A DNA stretch of 64,000 nucleotides from Octopus vulgaris (GCA_951406725.2 OX597829.1:37696001-37760000); one strand, 5' to 3'; shown: positions 9,733 through 23,310, counted from the stretch's first letter. Notes: generated from the letters alone by a model not told the origin. Made by a program: numbers and translations.

Positions 9733-11354
9733 TAAGAAATAAGTGGAAAACCATGCCAAATCAGACTGGAATCTGGTGCAGCCTGGTCAAACTGTCCAAC
9801 CCATGCCAGTATGGACAACATATGTTAAATGATGATCTGCACGTATGTATGTATATATCTTTTATTCAAATTTTAAAAGAACTCCAAAAATTTGTGAACT
9901 TAAGATTTTCATTTAAATTGAATTTAAAGTAACACCATATTGGTATGGTACCGATAAATGCTTTATCATCACTGTCCTTAGTTTTGGTCTGCAGCCCCCT
10001 ACACACACACACACACTCATCCTCCAGGCAGGAGCTAGCGTAAATGATATTGCTACAATTGTATTGTTAAGAGTCTTTATTGCGACATAAACATAGTATA
10101 GTGAGGTATGCAGTATGCACAACATCCATAAAATTACATAATGTTATGTGACTCACAACTCATCTGGCTTAACATGCAAGCAGTGACGTGTTGATTAATC
10201 AACAGATCATGACAGGCTTCATTTCAGTTTCCATCAGCCAAATTGATCCACAACTTGCCCAAAGTGCCACACAGTGGAACTAAACCCAGAACCAAAACAG
10301 CCATGCCTGCAACTATGCTACACTTGTAATTAAAAGTTTAAACTGAAAGGTTAAAGTGAAATTTTTATCTCTAGTAGCTTTAGTTGGATAAAGCAGAAAA
10401 ATGAGAACCAAATGGTTGTGAGGAGAGACTGAGTAATGAATACATGGGAAATTGAGACTACTGGACACTTCATGATTAAAAATTGAAACTTTTGCTACAG
10501 CCAATGTTCTATAAGTGAGTAAGGTACATAACTATGCATATCTTGGTTGGAAATTTAACTGACAAAACAGACTCCTTTCTTACTTTACATCAGAATAAGC
10601 AAAACAGCTGTAAAAACAATTACTCTAACAACACAAACAACAGCAAAAAGCAGTAAAAAGATTCCTATCCCACCCATGGTAGCATGGAAAATTGGATATT
10701 TTCTTCAGAAAAAAATAAACGTAATGAAATAAGGTAAAATAAAATAAATCTCCCAACTTAAATATAATACCTTTTAGAAAATTTTTCCTTTTCACTCTAA
10801 TGAAAAATATTTAGGGATCTCATTTAATATACAATCCAATTTCTTATGGCATAAGCTTGAACACTGAGTCTACTAGATCAAAACTGGCTTAAGAGATTGG
10901 CTTAAGAAAATAATGCTACCACAAGACATGAAAAAAATCCTTTATGTTAGAGGGCAGAAACCTTATTAACACATTTTGTGCCTAGATCCTCAATTTTACA
11001 AATTGATAATGTGTACAACTTCTATTAAATTGCAGAAGTTTTAAATTTGAATCAGGGCAAAATTTTACCTGAGACAGGGTAGGTTTCCTATCCCTGTTCT
11101 ATGTGGTTGCTTCATTTGTTAGAAATAGTAGTCATATTTCCCCCATGTGACATCCTATCATCTTAAAAAATATTAGTACACATTACAGTTTCTTGGTCAA
11201 CTGAAAATATGCAAAGATATTTCCCTCTCCCTCTCCCTCTTCCTCTATAGCAAGATACCTGTTTCTGCCTTTGTCTCTCTGTTACACTCTAACCTTTCAT
11301 CATCTGACACAAGACTCCCTCTCAAAGATTCTTTGTCTTGCAAAGTAACTTGTT

Positions 11355-11660
11355 GACCCTGCCAGTGCTGGTACCACGTAAAAAGCATCCAGTCCAAACT
11401 GCTAAGAGGTTGGCAGTTGGAAGGGCATCCAGTTATAAAAACCATGCCAAAACTGACCTTGCCTGTGCTGGTGCCGTGTAAAAAGCACACAGTACACTCT
11501 CTCTGTAAAGTGGTTGGTGTTAGGAAGGGCAGCCAGCCATAAAAACCATGCCAAAACAGACAGAAGTATGGTGCAAGCCTCTGCCTGGCCAGCTCCTGTC
11601 AAACCATCCAACACATGCCAGCATGGGAGGAGGACATTAAACAATGATGATGATGATGAT
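11355..11660 (+). mobile_element. RTE-type LINE 3' tail with an internal partial duplication
   Basis: GGTTGGTGTTAGGAAGGGCA...CCAGCATGG...(GAT)n end. The segment GTGCTGGT.CC..GTAAAAAGCA...AAAACCATGCCAAAAC occurs twice. Confidence 0.7.
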
Positions 11661-12621
11661 CTCATTCAAAGAGGGCCTGTAAAGGCCACAAACACTGATG
11701 CTTCTCCTCTAAAAGGCCAACAAAAACAGAAATTTAAACCTTGAGAAAATAATAACAATAATCCATCAGGCTTCTTGACTTGAATCTAACTTGATCCCAG
11801 GTCCTTTTCAGTTGAAGTAGATCCACTTGGAATATTTATCTAAAAATGTTGAATTATTTGATTTGCTGTCTGTAATTTTGGAAGTTAGCATTACAGTCTA
11901 CATCTTGTGACAATTGCCAGAAAATGCAAAGTTTCAAACTAGCTCTGTTCTGACAAGCTTCTCTTCATATAAGTAAACACTGATCCAGCCATGTAAATAC
12001 ACACACACTCATTTAAAGAGACACACACGCACATACATTCAGAGATACATGCACACACAGACACTCAAAAAGACAGACACACATACACACATTCAGACAG
12101 ACACACACACACACTGACATACACACTCCAAGACATACACACACTCAGACACACACTTTCACAGACAGATACACGCTCTCACAAAGACACACACACTCAT
12201 AGAGACATAAACATACTCACAGACTTAAACACACACACACACAGACATAAACAGAGTTTCACACATTCTAAATAAAAATAAAAAAAAACTGCAAATAATC
12301 TATATTCTTGTATTTCGCATTTACCATCACAAGAAAGAGCCCTGACATAATTACATGAAATGCTAGAAATAGCAACCATACTTTTCTTATACTATATGTT
12401 ACTGTCTTCTTAAGAAAAAAGGGATGGCCATTTTGAATAATGTAGTTTGAGGTTAGCTATGTCTGAAAAGTTTGGGATAGTCATGGCTGGAATGCCTTTG
12501 ACCATAAATATCAAATGTGAATACATACTGTAAGTACCACTTCGTTCTTTGTCTTGTTTTTAAAGAGAACACTAACAATGATTAAATATAAATTATTGTT
12601 TTGCTCATTTAAGATTCAAAC

Positions 12622-12654
<33 letters not shown>

Positions 12655-12941
12655 ATAAAAATACTGCATTTGTGAATGCTTATATATAATAGAAATCAAA
12701 TTCTCACAGTCAATGAATAAGGGAAAAGCTTCATGAGGAGGAAGTAGAGCCCAGAATTTTGAGGTCTAAAAGTCAATTCAGCAACAGTGAGAATTTTAGT
12801 TTTCTGAGAAAGACACAGAAAGCTACTATCAGCTGGGAATTAGCCAAGCTTGACTGCAGAAAAGGAGTAGATAGTAACATTTTACTGTGAACCTAAAGAA
12901 AATTATGTACACAAATTGACCCGAGGACTTGTTTGCTTAAA

Positions 12942-13355
12942 GGTGTAGAAGTGGCTGTGTGGTAAGTAGCTTGCTTACCAACCACATGGTTCTGGGTTCA
13001 GTCCCATTGCGTGGCACCTTGGGCAAATGTCTTCTACTATAGCCTCCGGCCGACTAAAGCCTTGTGAGTGGATTTGGTAGACGGAAACTGAAAGAAACCA
13101 GTCGTATATATGTATGTATGTATGTATGTATGTGTGTTTGTGTGTGTGTGTGTGTGTGTTTGTGCGTCTGTCTCCCCAACATCGCTTGACAACCGATGCT
13201 GGTTTGTTTACGTCCCTGTAACTTAGCGGTTCGGCAAAAGACACCGATAGAATAAGTACTAGGCTTACAAAGAATAAGTCCTAGGGTTGACTTACTCGAC
13301 TAAAGGCGGTGCTCCAGTATGGCCACAGAAAATGACTGAAACCAGTAAAAGAGTA
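12942..13355 (+). mobile_element. SINE family A, full length (GCTTACC/GGCACCTT subfamily)
   Basis: Same head, body and tail as 1503-1950, with diagnostic substitutions. Confidence 0.9.
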
Positions 13356-13599
13356 ACAAAAGGTTCAGGTTAATAAGAAGGATTTCATACATTAAAAAAA
13401 TGCACATGAGTGGATAATAGTGAGTTTACTAAAAGAAAAAAAAAAATGAAGTTTTGTCAATTTCCCAGGATTGGTGGAAGAAGATGATAACAGTTTTTAT
13501 GTTTTTTTTTATTTATTATTAGTGTTGCTTAATATGTTTTGCTAAAATTGCTGTTTCTTTTAAGATATCATCAGAAAAAGGTAATTAAAATTAATTAAA

Positions 13600-14000
13600 A
13601 TGACAGATCTATCGAACTTTCAAGAAGGTCAAATTGTTGGTGTTCATATGGCAAGTGCTAGCATTATGAAAACAGCTGAAATGTTGGGTTTTATCAAGAA
13701 GTACTGTCTTGAAAGTAATGACAGCCTTTGAGAAAGAAGGAAAAAACCTCCTAGTTGAAACAAAACTCTAGAAGAAAGCCAAAACTTTCAGATAGGGACC
13801 GTTGGACTCTTATGCAAATTGTTAGAAAGAATCACAAAAGTACAGCTCCCAAAATTACTGCAAAGCTTAATGACCACCTTGAGAACCCAGTTTCCACAAA
13901 AACTGTTCGCCGGGAACTGCACAAAGCCGGATTTCACGGGAGGGCGACAATAAGAAAAACACTACTTTCAAACACAAACGTTACATAACATTTAGAATGG
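13600..14000 (+). pseudogene. Tc1-family transposase N-terminal (HTH) relic, frameshifted and truncated
   Basis: MTDLSNFQEGQIVG...KTAEML / RKPKLSDRDRWTLMQIVRKNHKSTAPKITAKLN...VSTKTVRRELHKAGFHGR, the typical Tc1 paired-like DNA-binding region. Confidence 0.85.
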
Positions 14001-15153
14001 AGGCTTGTGGCCTAGGTGTGGTTATGATTGCAAGATTGTCATTTCGATTCCCACACCAGCAGTCATTGTATTCTTAAGCAAAAAACACTTGATTTCACTC
14101 TGTTCCAGAGTTAATGTTGGCCTGTCCACCTAGCCTAAGATGTGGCACCATTTGAAAGCAACAACAATGCAAGGAAGCTCATTGTGACAAGCAGTGTACA
14201 ACAACAACCAAGTCTGGTTGACACAGAGATATTTATATTATGTCGCAATCAGTTTGATCTTTCATAATTACAAGGTATCTTATTATTGGGTGTGTAGATA
14301 GTACCTGACTGAATTCAATGGTACAACTGTAAATATTGAAGAATAAGGCAAAGAGTAAACTGAATCAAAATTGTAATGAAGATAGACATAAATATGAAGA
14401 GGGTTTTTGCATTTCTAAAGAGGAGGTTAATAGTCTGGAAAGTATTTTATAATCTCATAAACAGCAGTGTATCTCAGACAGACATTTAACATTATGTATA
14501 CATACATCCACTTCATCATTTTCTACAAATAAATGATTAAGAGAAGATATAATGCTTCAAACAAAGAAAACATTACAAAAAAAAAACAATAAATAATGTT
14601 GATAAATAAATATAACTAAAGAACATAAATCTTTTGTTTTCTCTCTCACACAGACACTCGACCTTGAGACAGAAACTGTTATAACAAGGAAATAAAAAGT
14701 GATCTGCATTATCAGCATTCTTTGTTTTCTATTTTAATTCCATTCATACATACAATGCTTTAAAAGAATATTAAATAAATTCCAATACTTTATTGCATTA
14801 TTTTACTGACACTAAAAGAATGAAAGGCAAAGCTGACCTTAGTAGAATTTGAACTCAGAGTAAAAAGGATGCAACTAAACACTGCAGGAATTTTGTCTGT
14901 TGTTCTAATGATTCTGCATATTTTGTTATCATATTTCTGTTGAAATACACCGCTATTGTTTTGACTGATTTAGAAAACAATGCAGAATTTAGTAAAATAA
15001 CCACTTTTGTCTAGCTAGTGTCTGGAATATAAATTGGCATGAAATTTTGACGCAAGATTTTAATTCAGGTCATTTTAAAACAATTTTTGTTTCATGGAAC
15101 CATAAGCATTTCTGGGCAAGCTGGTACCAAAAGAGTTAAACAGTTATTAAAAA

Positions 15154-15499
15154 CTAGCACTATGACCAGGCTAGTGCATGCATAGACAGCTGAGTGCATG
15201 CTCACATACATGCGAGTACTGTCCAAATCTCCGACCAATCACATACAGCTAGCTGGCATTCAATTGGCGTATCAAGTTTCAGGCATTTTGATTGGGTTTT
15301 GGATAGAAAATTCACAAAAAAGTCACTTCTATTGATTTTTTAATGGCTTTGCAGGGTGACTGGGGAAATGTAAAGATGTGCACGACCACCCTTGGACGGT
15401 TTTGAATGACCATAGAAAGTGCGAGCCCTCTAACTGAAAAATTGTGGATTTGTATAAAGGACACACACACAGACATTTTGCCGTTTGTATATAGAGAGA
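15154..15499 (-). mobile_element. Non-autonomous Helitron-like element, copy 2
   Basis: Very similar to 7983-8364 with the same CTAG/TC termini; 18-nt deletion in the 3' hairpin. Confidence 0.75.
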
Positions 15500-16167
15500 T
15501 TAGCACTAAGGTAGTAAGCTAACAGAAATGACTCAGCACCAAATTGAATTCATCACAGTATTTAGTTAGAATCAACTTCCTTTCATTCCTTTCAATGGTT
15601 TATTAAATCAATTCTGGCAATTCTCAGTTGATTCAATCTGCTATTCTATACACACAAGCAACCCTGCAACAATTAACCTGGTGTCAATGTAAGAAATCAG
15701 CCTCAACTCAAAATAAATTAGTGCTGTCATTGTAAATTAGAGTCGTAATTGTAAATAGTGAAGGAAAAGAGCTGAAACTAAATTTACCATTAACATGAAA
15801 TTAACCCACAATGTTAATTATAATTAACATTCAATGTTGAGTGATAAAGACTTGGAAACAATTCTAGTTCACAAATTTCTCACTAGTAATGGAAGTCTTA
15901 AATCACTGCCATTTATTTATAGTCTTGTTTCTGCAATTTTCGTAATTTTTAGAAAGTAATGGGATGATCGCAGATGCTCAAGTGGGTAGGGTGTCAGACA
16001 ACATAATTTGTCAAGAAATTAAAGTTTCATATTCTGCCATGGACATGTCTTTTTTCTTTTTTTCTTTTTACAAGCTGGGTCTAGAAGAAACGGTTAAGCT
16101 CTTGACCTTTGCGAGCCCACCAATATCAAGCAAGCTGATGCTGTTACTGTTTCTCTTGAACACTTAC

Positions 16168-16253
16168 AAATGAATATGACTAAAGAATGAGTTCCAAACA
16201 GTCTGGGCATAGTGTTTAGTGCGAGAGCAAGTGGTGGTGAGGTAATCAGACAT
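16168..16253 (-). CDS. Candidate alternative first coding exon MSDYLTTTCSRTKHYAQTVWNSFFSHIH(L)
   Basis: ATG, 28 codons plus 2 nt, then the consensus donor |gtaagt. Phase 2 matches exon 5955-6244. Lies in a unique, higher-complexity island. Confidence 0.4.
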
Positions 16254-16500
16254 AATGAAGGAGATGAATGAGATGCTTTTCAAATCTTTTTAATGTGATT
16301 ATCGATATAAGTAAAGGAGACTGCACAACATTACGAAAAAGGTGCTTTAGCTTATACTTAACATTAAAATACATGCAAAAAATCATATCTATGTTGAAAC
16401 ACTGAAATCAGAAAAATTAACTCTAATTTTTAAAAAGCAATATAACTGAATCTTTGCAGAGTTTCCTAAGAATATGAGGATAATAATTTATCACCCGTAT

Positions 16501-16838
16501 AAAGACCCCCTTCAGTCATGAATGACCATAGGATTGCACTTAGTAAGTTCCCCTCTGAGGTATAAGTCTGGGTGAAGTTGTTTATGGAAGACTAGCAGTT
16601 GCCCATGCATACCAGCTTCCCCTCTCCATGCCACTGATGTCATCCAAAGGGAATGCAAAGGCTGATACAGTTTGAGACCAGTGACCTGGCAACTCATTTC
16701 TACAGCTGAGTGAACTGGAGCAACGTGAAATAAAGTGTCTTGCTCAAGAACACAACTCACAGCCTGGTCAAGGAATTGAACTCACAACTTCATAATTGTG
16801 AGCTTGACCCTCTAAGTACCGAGCAATACACCTCCACT
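16501..16838 (-). mobile_element. tRNA-derived SINE family D (Meta-domain-like)
   Basis: Minus-strand head GGAGGTGTATTGCTCGGTACTTAGAGGG...GAGTTCAATTCC, then TTCTTGAGCAAGACACTTTATTTCACGTTGCTCCAGTTCACTCAGCTG. Related copies at 26738, 52775, 56480 and 58870. Confidence 0.75.
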
Positions 16839-17574
16839 ATCACCTGTGTGGAAAAAGGCAAATAGTAATCACATAACCCTGTCATCAGAATGGTCTACAG
16901 TTACAGTGGCACATGTTCAAAATGCTTCTGTCCAATTATGATAATTTTGGATGGGTTTGTCTTGCATAAAGAGAATTATACATCAAATATAAATAACAGC
17001 GTCGCAGTAAAAGGATCTATGATGCTCATTAGGTTTGAGAAAATTTGAGAGTCAGCCAATTCCAACTTCATTAATTATATCTCAGCCCAATTATATATTA
17101 AGAAATTATTTATAAAAATATGAGGATAATTGTCTTCAAATATAAGAGAGTGCACAGCCAGACAAAAACATCCAGGTGCTTTATGTGTGTGTGCGAAAAA
17201 TATATGTAAAACTACATTCATACACACACCTTGTTATAGAAAAAAAAACCTTGCAGAACAATATGGATAATATTTACATCACTTCATTCAGTGCGTATGC
17301 CTAGGTAATACATTGTGGAAAGACTGGTGCACTTTTTTCTGTACAACAGCTACACCAACTCAGCAGGAGTAATTTTATTCTAAAAGTCTTTCTATGACAC
17401 ACACACAAACATGTGCACACACAACACATATAATTATTGCCTGCTTTCCATGCTTGCATTGGTTGGATGGGAACTGGTGTGTGCTTGGAAAAGTTTCCAA
17501 ACCACACCTGTTTCCAAGTCAGTAACATTCCCCATAGATCACTGAAGAACAAACAGTTCAATATTTGGACATAT

Positions 17575-17811
17575 TTCTTATTTCTTTATTGCTCACAAGG
17601 GATTAAACATAGAGGGGACAAACAGGGACAGACAAAGGGATTAAGTCGATTACATCAACCCCAGTGCATAACTGGTACTTAATTTATCGACTCCGACAGG
17701 ATGAAAGGCAAAGTCGACCTTGGCGGAATTTGAACTCAGAATGTAAAGACAGACGAAATACCACTAAGCATTTCACCCGGTGTGTTAACATTTCTGCCAG
17801 CTCACCGCCTT
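17575..17811 (-). mobile_element. tRNA-derived SINE family B (Nin/Deu-domain-like)
   Basis: Head GGCGGTGAGCTGGCAGAA, B-box GAGTTCAAATTCC, core GCCTTTCATCCT..CGG.GTCGATAAATTAAGTACCAG. Confidence 0.85.
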
Positions 17812-18521
17812 GGACATATTTGGATATATTTCTGCAGAATACTGCAAGCAAATGAGAGGTGACTTCATTTACAATGAGGCAAATATATAGACAAGCAAGA
17901 TGCAAAAATGTACACACACACACACGAGAGGCTTCTCACAGTTTCTGTTTCTGAAAGGGATTCACAAAGAATTGGTAGCTTTAGAGCTATAAACATTTGT
18001 CCAAAGTACCACACAGTGAAACTGAACCACCAACCACTTAGTTGAAGTGGTGAAGCTGATCTTAGAAGACTATCCCTCATGTAGATGGTATCAAAGGATA
18101 ATAACAAGACATACCAGGTTGGAAAAGACCTATCCAACCCATGCATGTATGAGAAAAAAAAAGTTTGTGAAATGACAATTACGATGATATATATAACAAA
18201 ATATAATCTTGTAGTTTCTTATTCTATGCTATTTCAGAAACAACTGGAAATGCTTACACCAAATAGTAATCTAAGACACAGATAGAAACATCAAAGAACT
18301 ATTTTTTTCTTTCAAATTTGTTATTTGATACTGTTTATTTCTGAGAAGAAAAAAAAAAAAAAAAAAAAAACCGGCAACATGAAAGTTGCAACAATGTGTA
18401 ACTGTAAGTGTTACACAGATTGTGCATCAAAAAGTGAACTTATAACTGAAGGCTAGACATAAAGTAATCAATCAGTGATGCACTGGCAATGTTTGTTTTT
18501 AAATGCACTAATGTACTACAA

Positions 18522-19156
18522 CAGCAGTTTCCAACCCTTTTTTTTTTTGCACCACAAACCAATTTCATGTAAGACAATTTTCCCACAGACCGGGGGATCG
18601 CATGCATCACAAAACACAATAAAGTGCATTATATATATATAATACGCAGGAGTGGCTGTGTGGTAAGTAGCTTGCTAACCAACCACATGGTTGCGGGTTC
18701 AGTCCCACTCCGTGGCATCTTGGGCAAATGTCTTCTGCTATAGCCCCGGGCCGACCAATGCCTTGTGAGTGGATTTGGTAGACGGAAACTGAAAGAAGCC
18801 TGTCGTATATATGTATATATATATATGTGTGTGTGTGTTTGTCCCCCTAGCATTGCTTGACAATCGATGCTGGTGTGTTTACGTCCCCGTCACTTAGCGG
18901 TTCGGCAAAAAGAGACCGATAGAATAAGTACTAAAAAGGCGGTGCTCCAGCATGGCCGCAGTCAAATGACTGAAACAAGTAAAAGAGTAAAAGAGTAATA
19001 CATATATATTACACATATAATGCAAAGACACCCTGTAGACTACAACAGTCAATAAAATAGAAATGAAATTTAAAACTATATCCTTTCCAGGTGACTTGAT
19101 AACCAAATGATCCACAGTCCAGTACTGGTCTGTAGCCCAATGGTTGGGGACCCTTG
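18522..19156. mobile_element. hAT MER1/MER5-like MITE interrupted by a SINE
   Basis: Ends CAGCAGTTTCCAACC and GGTTGGGGACCCTTG; degenerate 8-bp TSD TACTACAA/TAATACAG. Confidence 0.6.
18645..18997 (+). mobile_element. SINE family A, young subfamily, with an internal deletion
   Basis: Matches the 1503 and 6723 copies; lacks the GGCTTACAAAG...CGACT segment. Confidence 0.9.
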
Positions 19157-20627
19157 TAATACAGAATAAACATATAGATTTCAGCCAACTCTGCACGTGT
19201 AAATTAAACTTAATGATATCAAGACAAGAAGACACCAACTCATACACACATACATAGACATGATGGGCTTTTGGCAGTTTCCAATCGACTCACAAAGGTT
19301 TGGTCAGCTCAGAGCTATAGCAAAAATAACACTTGCCAAAAGTGTAGCATAACCCAGACTGAACCCTGAACCATGTGGTTGGGAAGCAAGCTTCTTAACC
19401 ACACAGCCATGCTGGCACCTATTATTAATATAAACTAAAAAGTTTTACAAAATTAATAGTAAAGAGAATAGTGATGTTTTTTGTTGTTGTTTTCTAACAT
19501 TGGTGAAAAGCTTAGACAATTGTCAGTGAGGAGGTAAAATTGCCCAAGTGATTGTCCTCACAATAAAAAAAAAAAATGTGACAGGCATGGTTGAAAAGGG
19601 CTTCATCATAGAGTTGCTCAATGAGATTGACCTGAGGTGCAACAACAGCAATAATGACTAACAACATCAGCAACCAGACCAATGAAAGAACCTTTGCGTG
19701 ATTGCTCAAATTGCAAGAAATAGCAGTTATATCTCCCTCAAATCACATCCCACTGCCTTAAATATAAGCACACACACACTAAGTTACTGTAATCCTAGAT
19801 ATTATGAAAAGACAAAAAGGGTCATGGCTGGACCATCTTTGATCATCACCGCAGCAATAATTAAAAAAACAACAAAACTTTATTCTTAAATCATACCCCA
19901 CTGTCTTAAATATAAGATGAAGGGGACAGACCCCCTCACCACCACCACAACCCCCCCCCCCCAGACATGACTCTAAGGAAAAAAATAGAAGGTAGCTGAA
20001 GATTGAACTTATAGAGCCTAGTAATGAGTGCTAGCAATAAGATGTGTTAACGTTTCTAGGTGTCATGGAGGTAAAAAGACATATGGCTATAATTGAGTAA
20101 ATTAGAAGCTGATGCAAGTTAAAAACAACAACAACAAAACAAAAACAAAAGAGAGTGAAGAGCAGAACAGCACAAATTATTAAGTGGGGACACAAGACAA
20201 ACAAAAATGAATACTGTATCATGGAAAAATTAGGATAGAAATTGCACTTGAATACCTAGACAAAATGGAAGCAGACATCTCAGACAGTTGGAGACAGCTT
20301 ATAAAGCTTCCACAATTGGTCCAGTTACATAAATACACCTAAAACAAACAACTAGTAATAGCAGCCAAAGCTTTCTCTTTCTGTCTGTCTGCCTGTCTCA
20401 AATCCCCCCTCCCCCTCCCTAATAAGGAAAAGTACACACATTAGATAACGTCAGTAGTCCTAGATGCCAAAAGGGATGGTCATAACTGAAAAGGCCTCTT
20501 GCATTAAGGGTTGACCTGGGGAGTGGTTAAGTAATAACTAATAGTAAGACACAGAATTACAGAATGACAAATATTATGATGGCATATGTCTGTGTGTGTG
20601 AGAGAGAGAGAGAGAAAAAGAAGATAC

Positions 20628-20661
<34 letters not shown>

Positions 20662-21099
20662 ATATATATATGTGTGTGTATATATATACATATATATATA
20701 TATATATAACTACTCTATGAATAAGATAGCAAAACAATGTACTATTTAATAGAAACAGGTAGGCACACTCAAACAACACACAGAGATACAGAGAGACATC
20801 ACCAGGAAAACATATGTCAGAAACACTAACAAAACAAAAGCAACCAAAGAATTAATGACAGTGACGGTGATAATAATAGTCTCAAATTTTGGCACAAGGC
20901 CTGCAATTTTAGTAGGAGTAGGTGAATTGATTACATCAACCCCAGTGCTTGACTACTACTTCATTTTTACCAATACCAAAAGGATACAAGGCAAAACTGA
21001 CTCTCGTGAGATCTGAACTCAGAATGAAAAGAACCAGAACAAATACCACAAAATAATTTTTCCAGAGCACTAACAACAGCAGCAACAATAATAGTAACC

Positions 21100-21496
21100 T
21101 TTAGGAGGGACAAACAAGAGTGCGTATAATTGACACGGCAGTGCCAGGAGATTGACATATCATCATGAAAGAAAGAGAAAAGATTGAAAAATATGGAGAC
21201 CTGAGAATTGAGATTGCTAAAATGTGGCAGCTACAAGAATCAAACAAAGTTTATCCTTTTTGTCATCAGAACAGGGGGTTCAATACCACCTAATCTGAAA
21301 AAAAAAACATCTGAAAACTTTAGAAATATCCTATAATCTAAGTGCATTCCAAAAATAGGCATTAATTGGAACTACATGCATATGTAATGTACTGTCTGTC
21401 TGAGGTCCTTGTTGTGACTTGACAAACAGTACAAACCCCCGGTAGATGCAATATTTTCAATCAACAACCTCATGATATTGTATACTGTGTGACATC
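21100..21496 (+). pseudogene. R4/Dong-type non-LTR retrotransposon 3' relic (restriction-like endonuclease)
   Basis: Translates as IIDTAVPGD*HIIMKEREKIEKYGDLRIEIAKMWQL, the D-x-A/S-x-P...E-x-x-K-x-x-KY-x-x-L motif of RLE domains. Confidence 0.75.
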
Positions 21497-21518
21497 TATT
21501 ATTATTATTATTATTATT

Positions 21519-21975
21519 CAGTAGTTTTATTTTTATAGTGTGCTTTCACTTCACTACCGAGCACAGCTCTGTGTGCCTTGGGTATGTGTTGTGATTTGTT
21601 GTGGTGCTCTGATGTTTACTGTATTGAAAGTGTTTTGTGTAGGATGTGTGCAGTGCCCAGTAGTACAATTTTCTGTATGTTATATGTGTTTGTAAGTCCT
21701 GGTGTTTTTGTTATGTATTTGTCTGAATATTTTTTATCATGCTTAATGTACCTACTATGATAGGGATTGTTTCTGTTTTTAGATTCCACATTCGAGTTAC
21801 CTCTGTTTCCAGGTCTTTGTATTTTGAAAGTTTCTCCATTTCTTTTAGAGACACGTTGTCATCTGCTGGTATTGATACATCAATTAGAAAGCATTTTTTT
21901 CTTCATGATCTCTGACAACTATATCTGGCCTATTGGCCTTAATTTCTCTATCTGTGTGAAATGGCATATCACAGA
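21519..21975 (-). pseudogene. R4/Dong-type non-LTR retrotransposon 3' relic, second family
   Basis: DMPFHTDREIKANRPDIVVRDHEEKKCFLIDVSIPADDNVSLKEMEKLSKYKDLETEVTRMWNLKTETIPIIVGTL...QKIVLLGTAHILHKTLSIQ*; flanked on both sides by (ATT)n. Confidence 0.88.
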
Positions 21976-22459
21976 TTATTATTATTATTATAACAACAAC
22001 ATCAATAATAATGATCCTTTCTAATATAGGCGCAGGATGTGAAATTCTTTTTTGTTTTTTGAGGGCAGGGGACTAGTTGATTACATCAAATATTACACAA
22101 CAACCTTATGGTTGACATGAATGTGTTATCAATTCAAATGCACTTGAGTACCGTGTACAATCAATGGAAAAAAAAAGAAACTAAGTTTAAAAGAAAAAGG
22201 TGGAAGTCGTAAATGAAGACAAAGGTATACATGACATGCACCATGATTTTTATCGATAGTTGCTTCAAAGTTTTACTGGGTGTGTCACAGCTTGAATGAG
22301 ACACAACTTATATTAAGTCACTGACAATAATATTATAAGAATTAGCTTCTACACATGAATTGAGTTCTTCATTAAAATGAAATTATATACAGCATATAAA
22401 ACAGTGAGCATTAATTAAATACATACACACACGTATATATGCATACATGTGTATACATA

Positions 22460-23310
22460 CGAGGGGATACCCAAAAGAAACTAGTATTTTGCAATATTAT
22501 ATTATTCACGTTTACATGTTTATCACCTTCAAAGTATTCTCCATTTGAAGCCATGTACCAGTCCAGACATGTTTTCCACAGTTTTAAGCAATCCTGGAAC
22601 TCTTGCGAAGTGATGCCTTTTAATGCCTCTGTCGTTTTTTTCCTTCACCTCTTCTAAATCTGCGAAACATTTTCCTTTCAGGACTTTTTTCATTTGGGAA
22701 CAAATCAAATTGGAGGGAGCAAGATTGGGTGAATAGGGAGGGTAGGTAGACAGAGTCATGCCATTTTTGGTTTAAAACTGTCTCACAGTGAAGGCAGTGT
22801 GTACAGGCACATTGTTGTGATGAAACCACCACTCTCCAATTTGCCACAGGTTGGGATGTTTACATCTTACCACATCTCGCAAATGCTTCAGAACTTCCAA
22901 GCAAAATGTCTGGTTAACAGTTTGACCAGGAGGAATAAATTCTGTGTTGACAATTCCTTTCACATTGATGAAACAAATCAGCATTGTCTTGACATTGAAT
23001 GCTTCCATTGACTTGATTGCTGCTTTGGTTCCAGGTTGTAGTTGTAGCACCAGCATTCATCACCAGTGATGACCTTTGAAAAAGGGTTCAGATGAACTTC
23101 CAACTGTTCTTTCAGTTCAGGACGTGTGTTCAGTCGTGACTGCTTTTGATCTTCTGTGGGCAAGCAAGACACAAATTTTGCTGCAACTCTTTTCATTAGC
23201 AATATCTACCTCAAAATTTGTAGGTAGGAGCTCCAGGACACACCAATCATATCAACAAGTTCATCAATAGTTTGGTGATCGGCCTCCAAGATCAGTTCAA
23301 ACTTCTATGA
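22460..23310 (-). pseudogene. Mariner (DD34D) transposon relic with its 3' TIR
   Basis: TA-CGAGGGG terminus. Frameshifted motifs VITGDECW..Y..EPKQQSSQWK, KTMLICF, WFHHNNVPVH, YPPYSPNLAPS, MKKVLKG. Confidence 0.88.

Noticed and set aside
13550-13580. Other CTGAnGA hits (13569 -, 16883 -, 24176 -, 39357 +, 48176 +, 52963 -, 63234 +)
   Set aside because: No convincing combination of stem II, GAAA, NUH and stem I; several lie within Tc1 or LINE relics.
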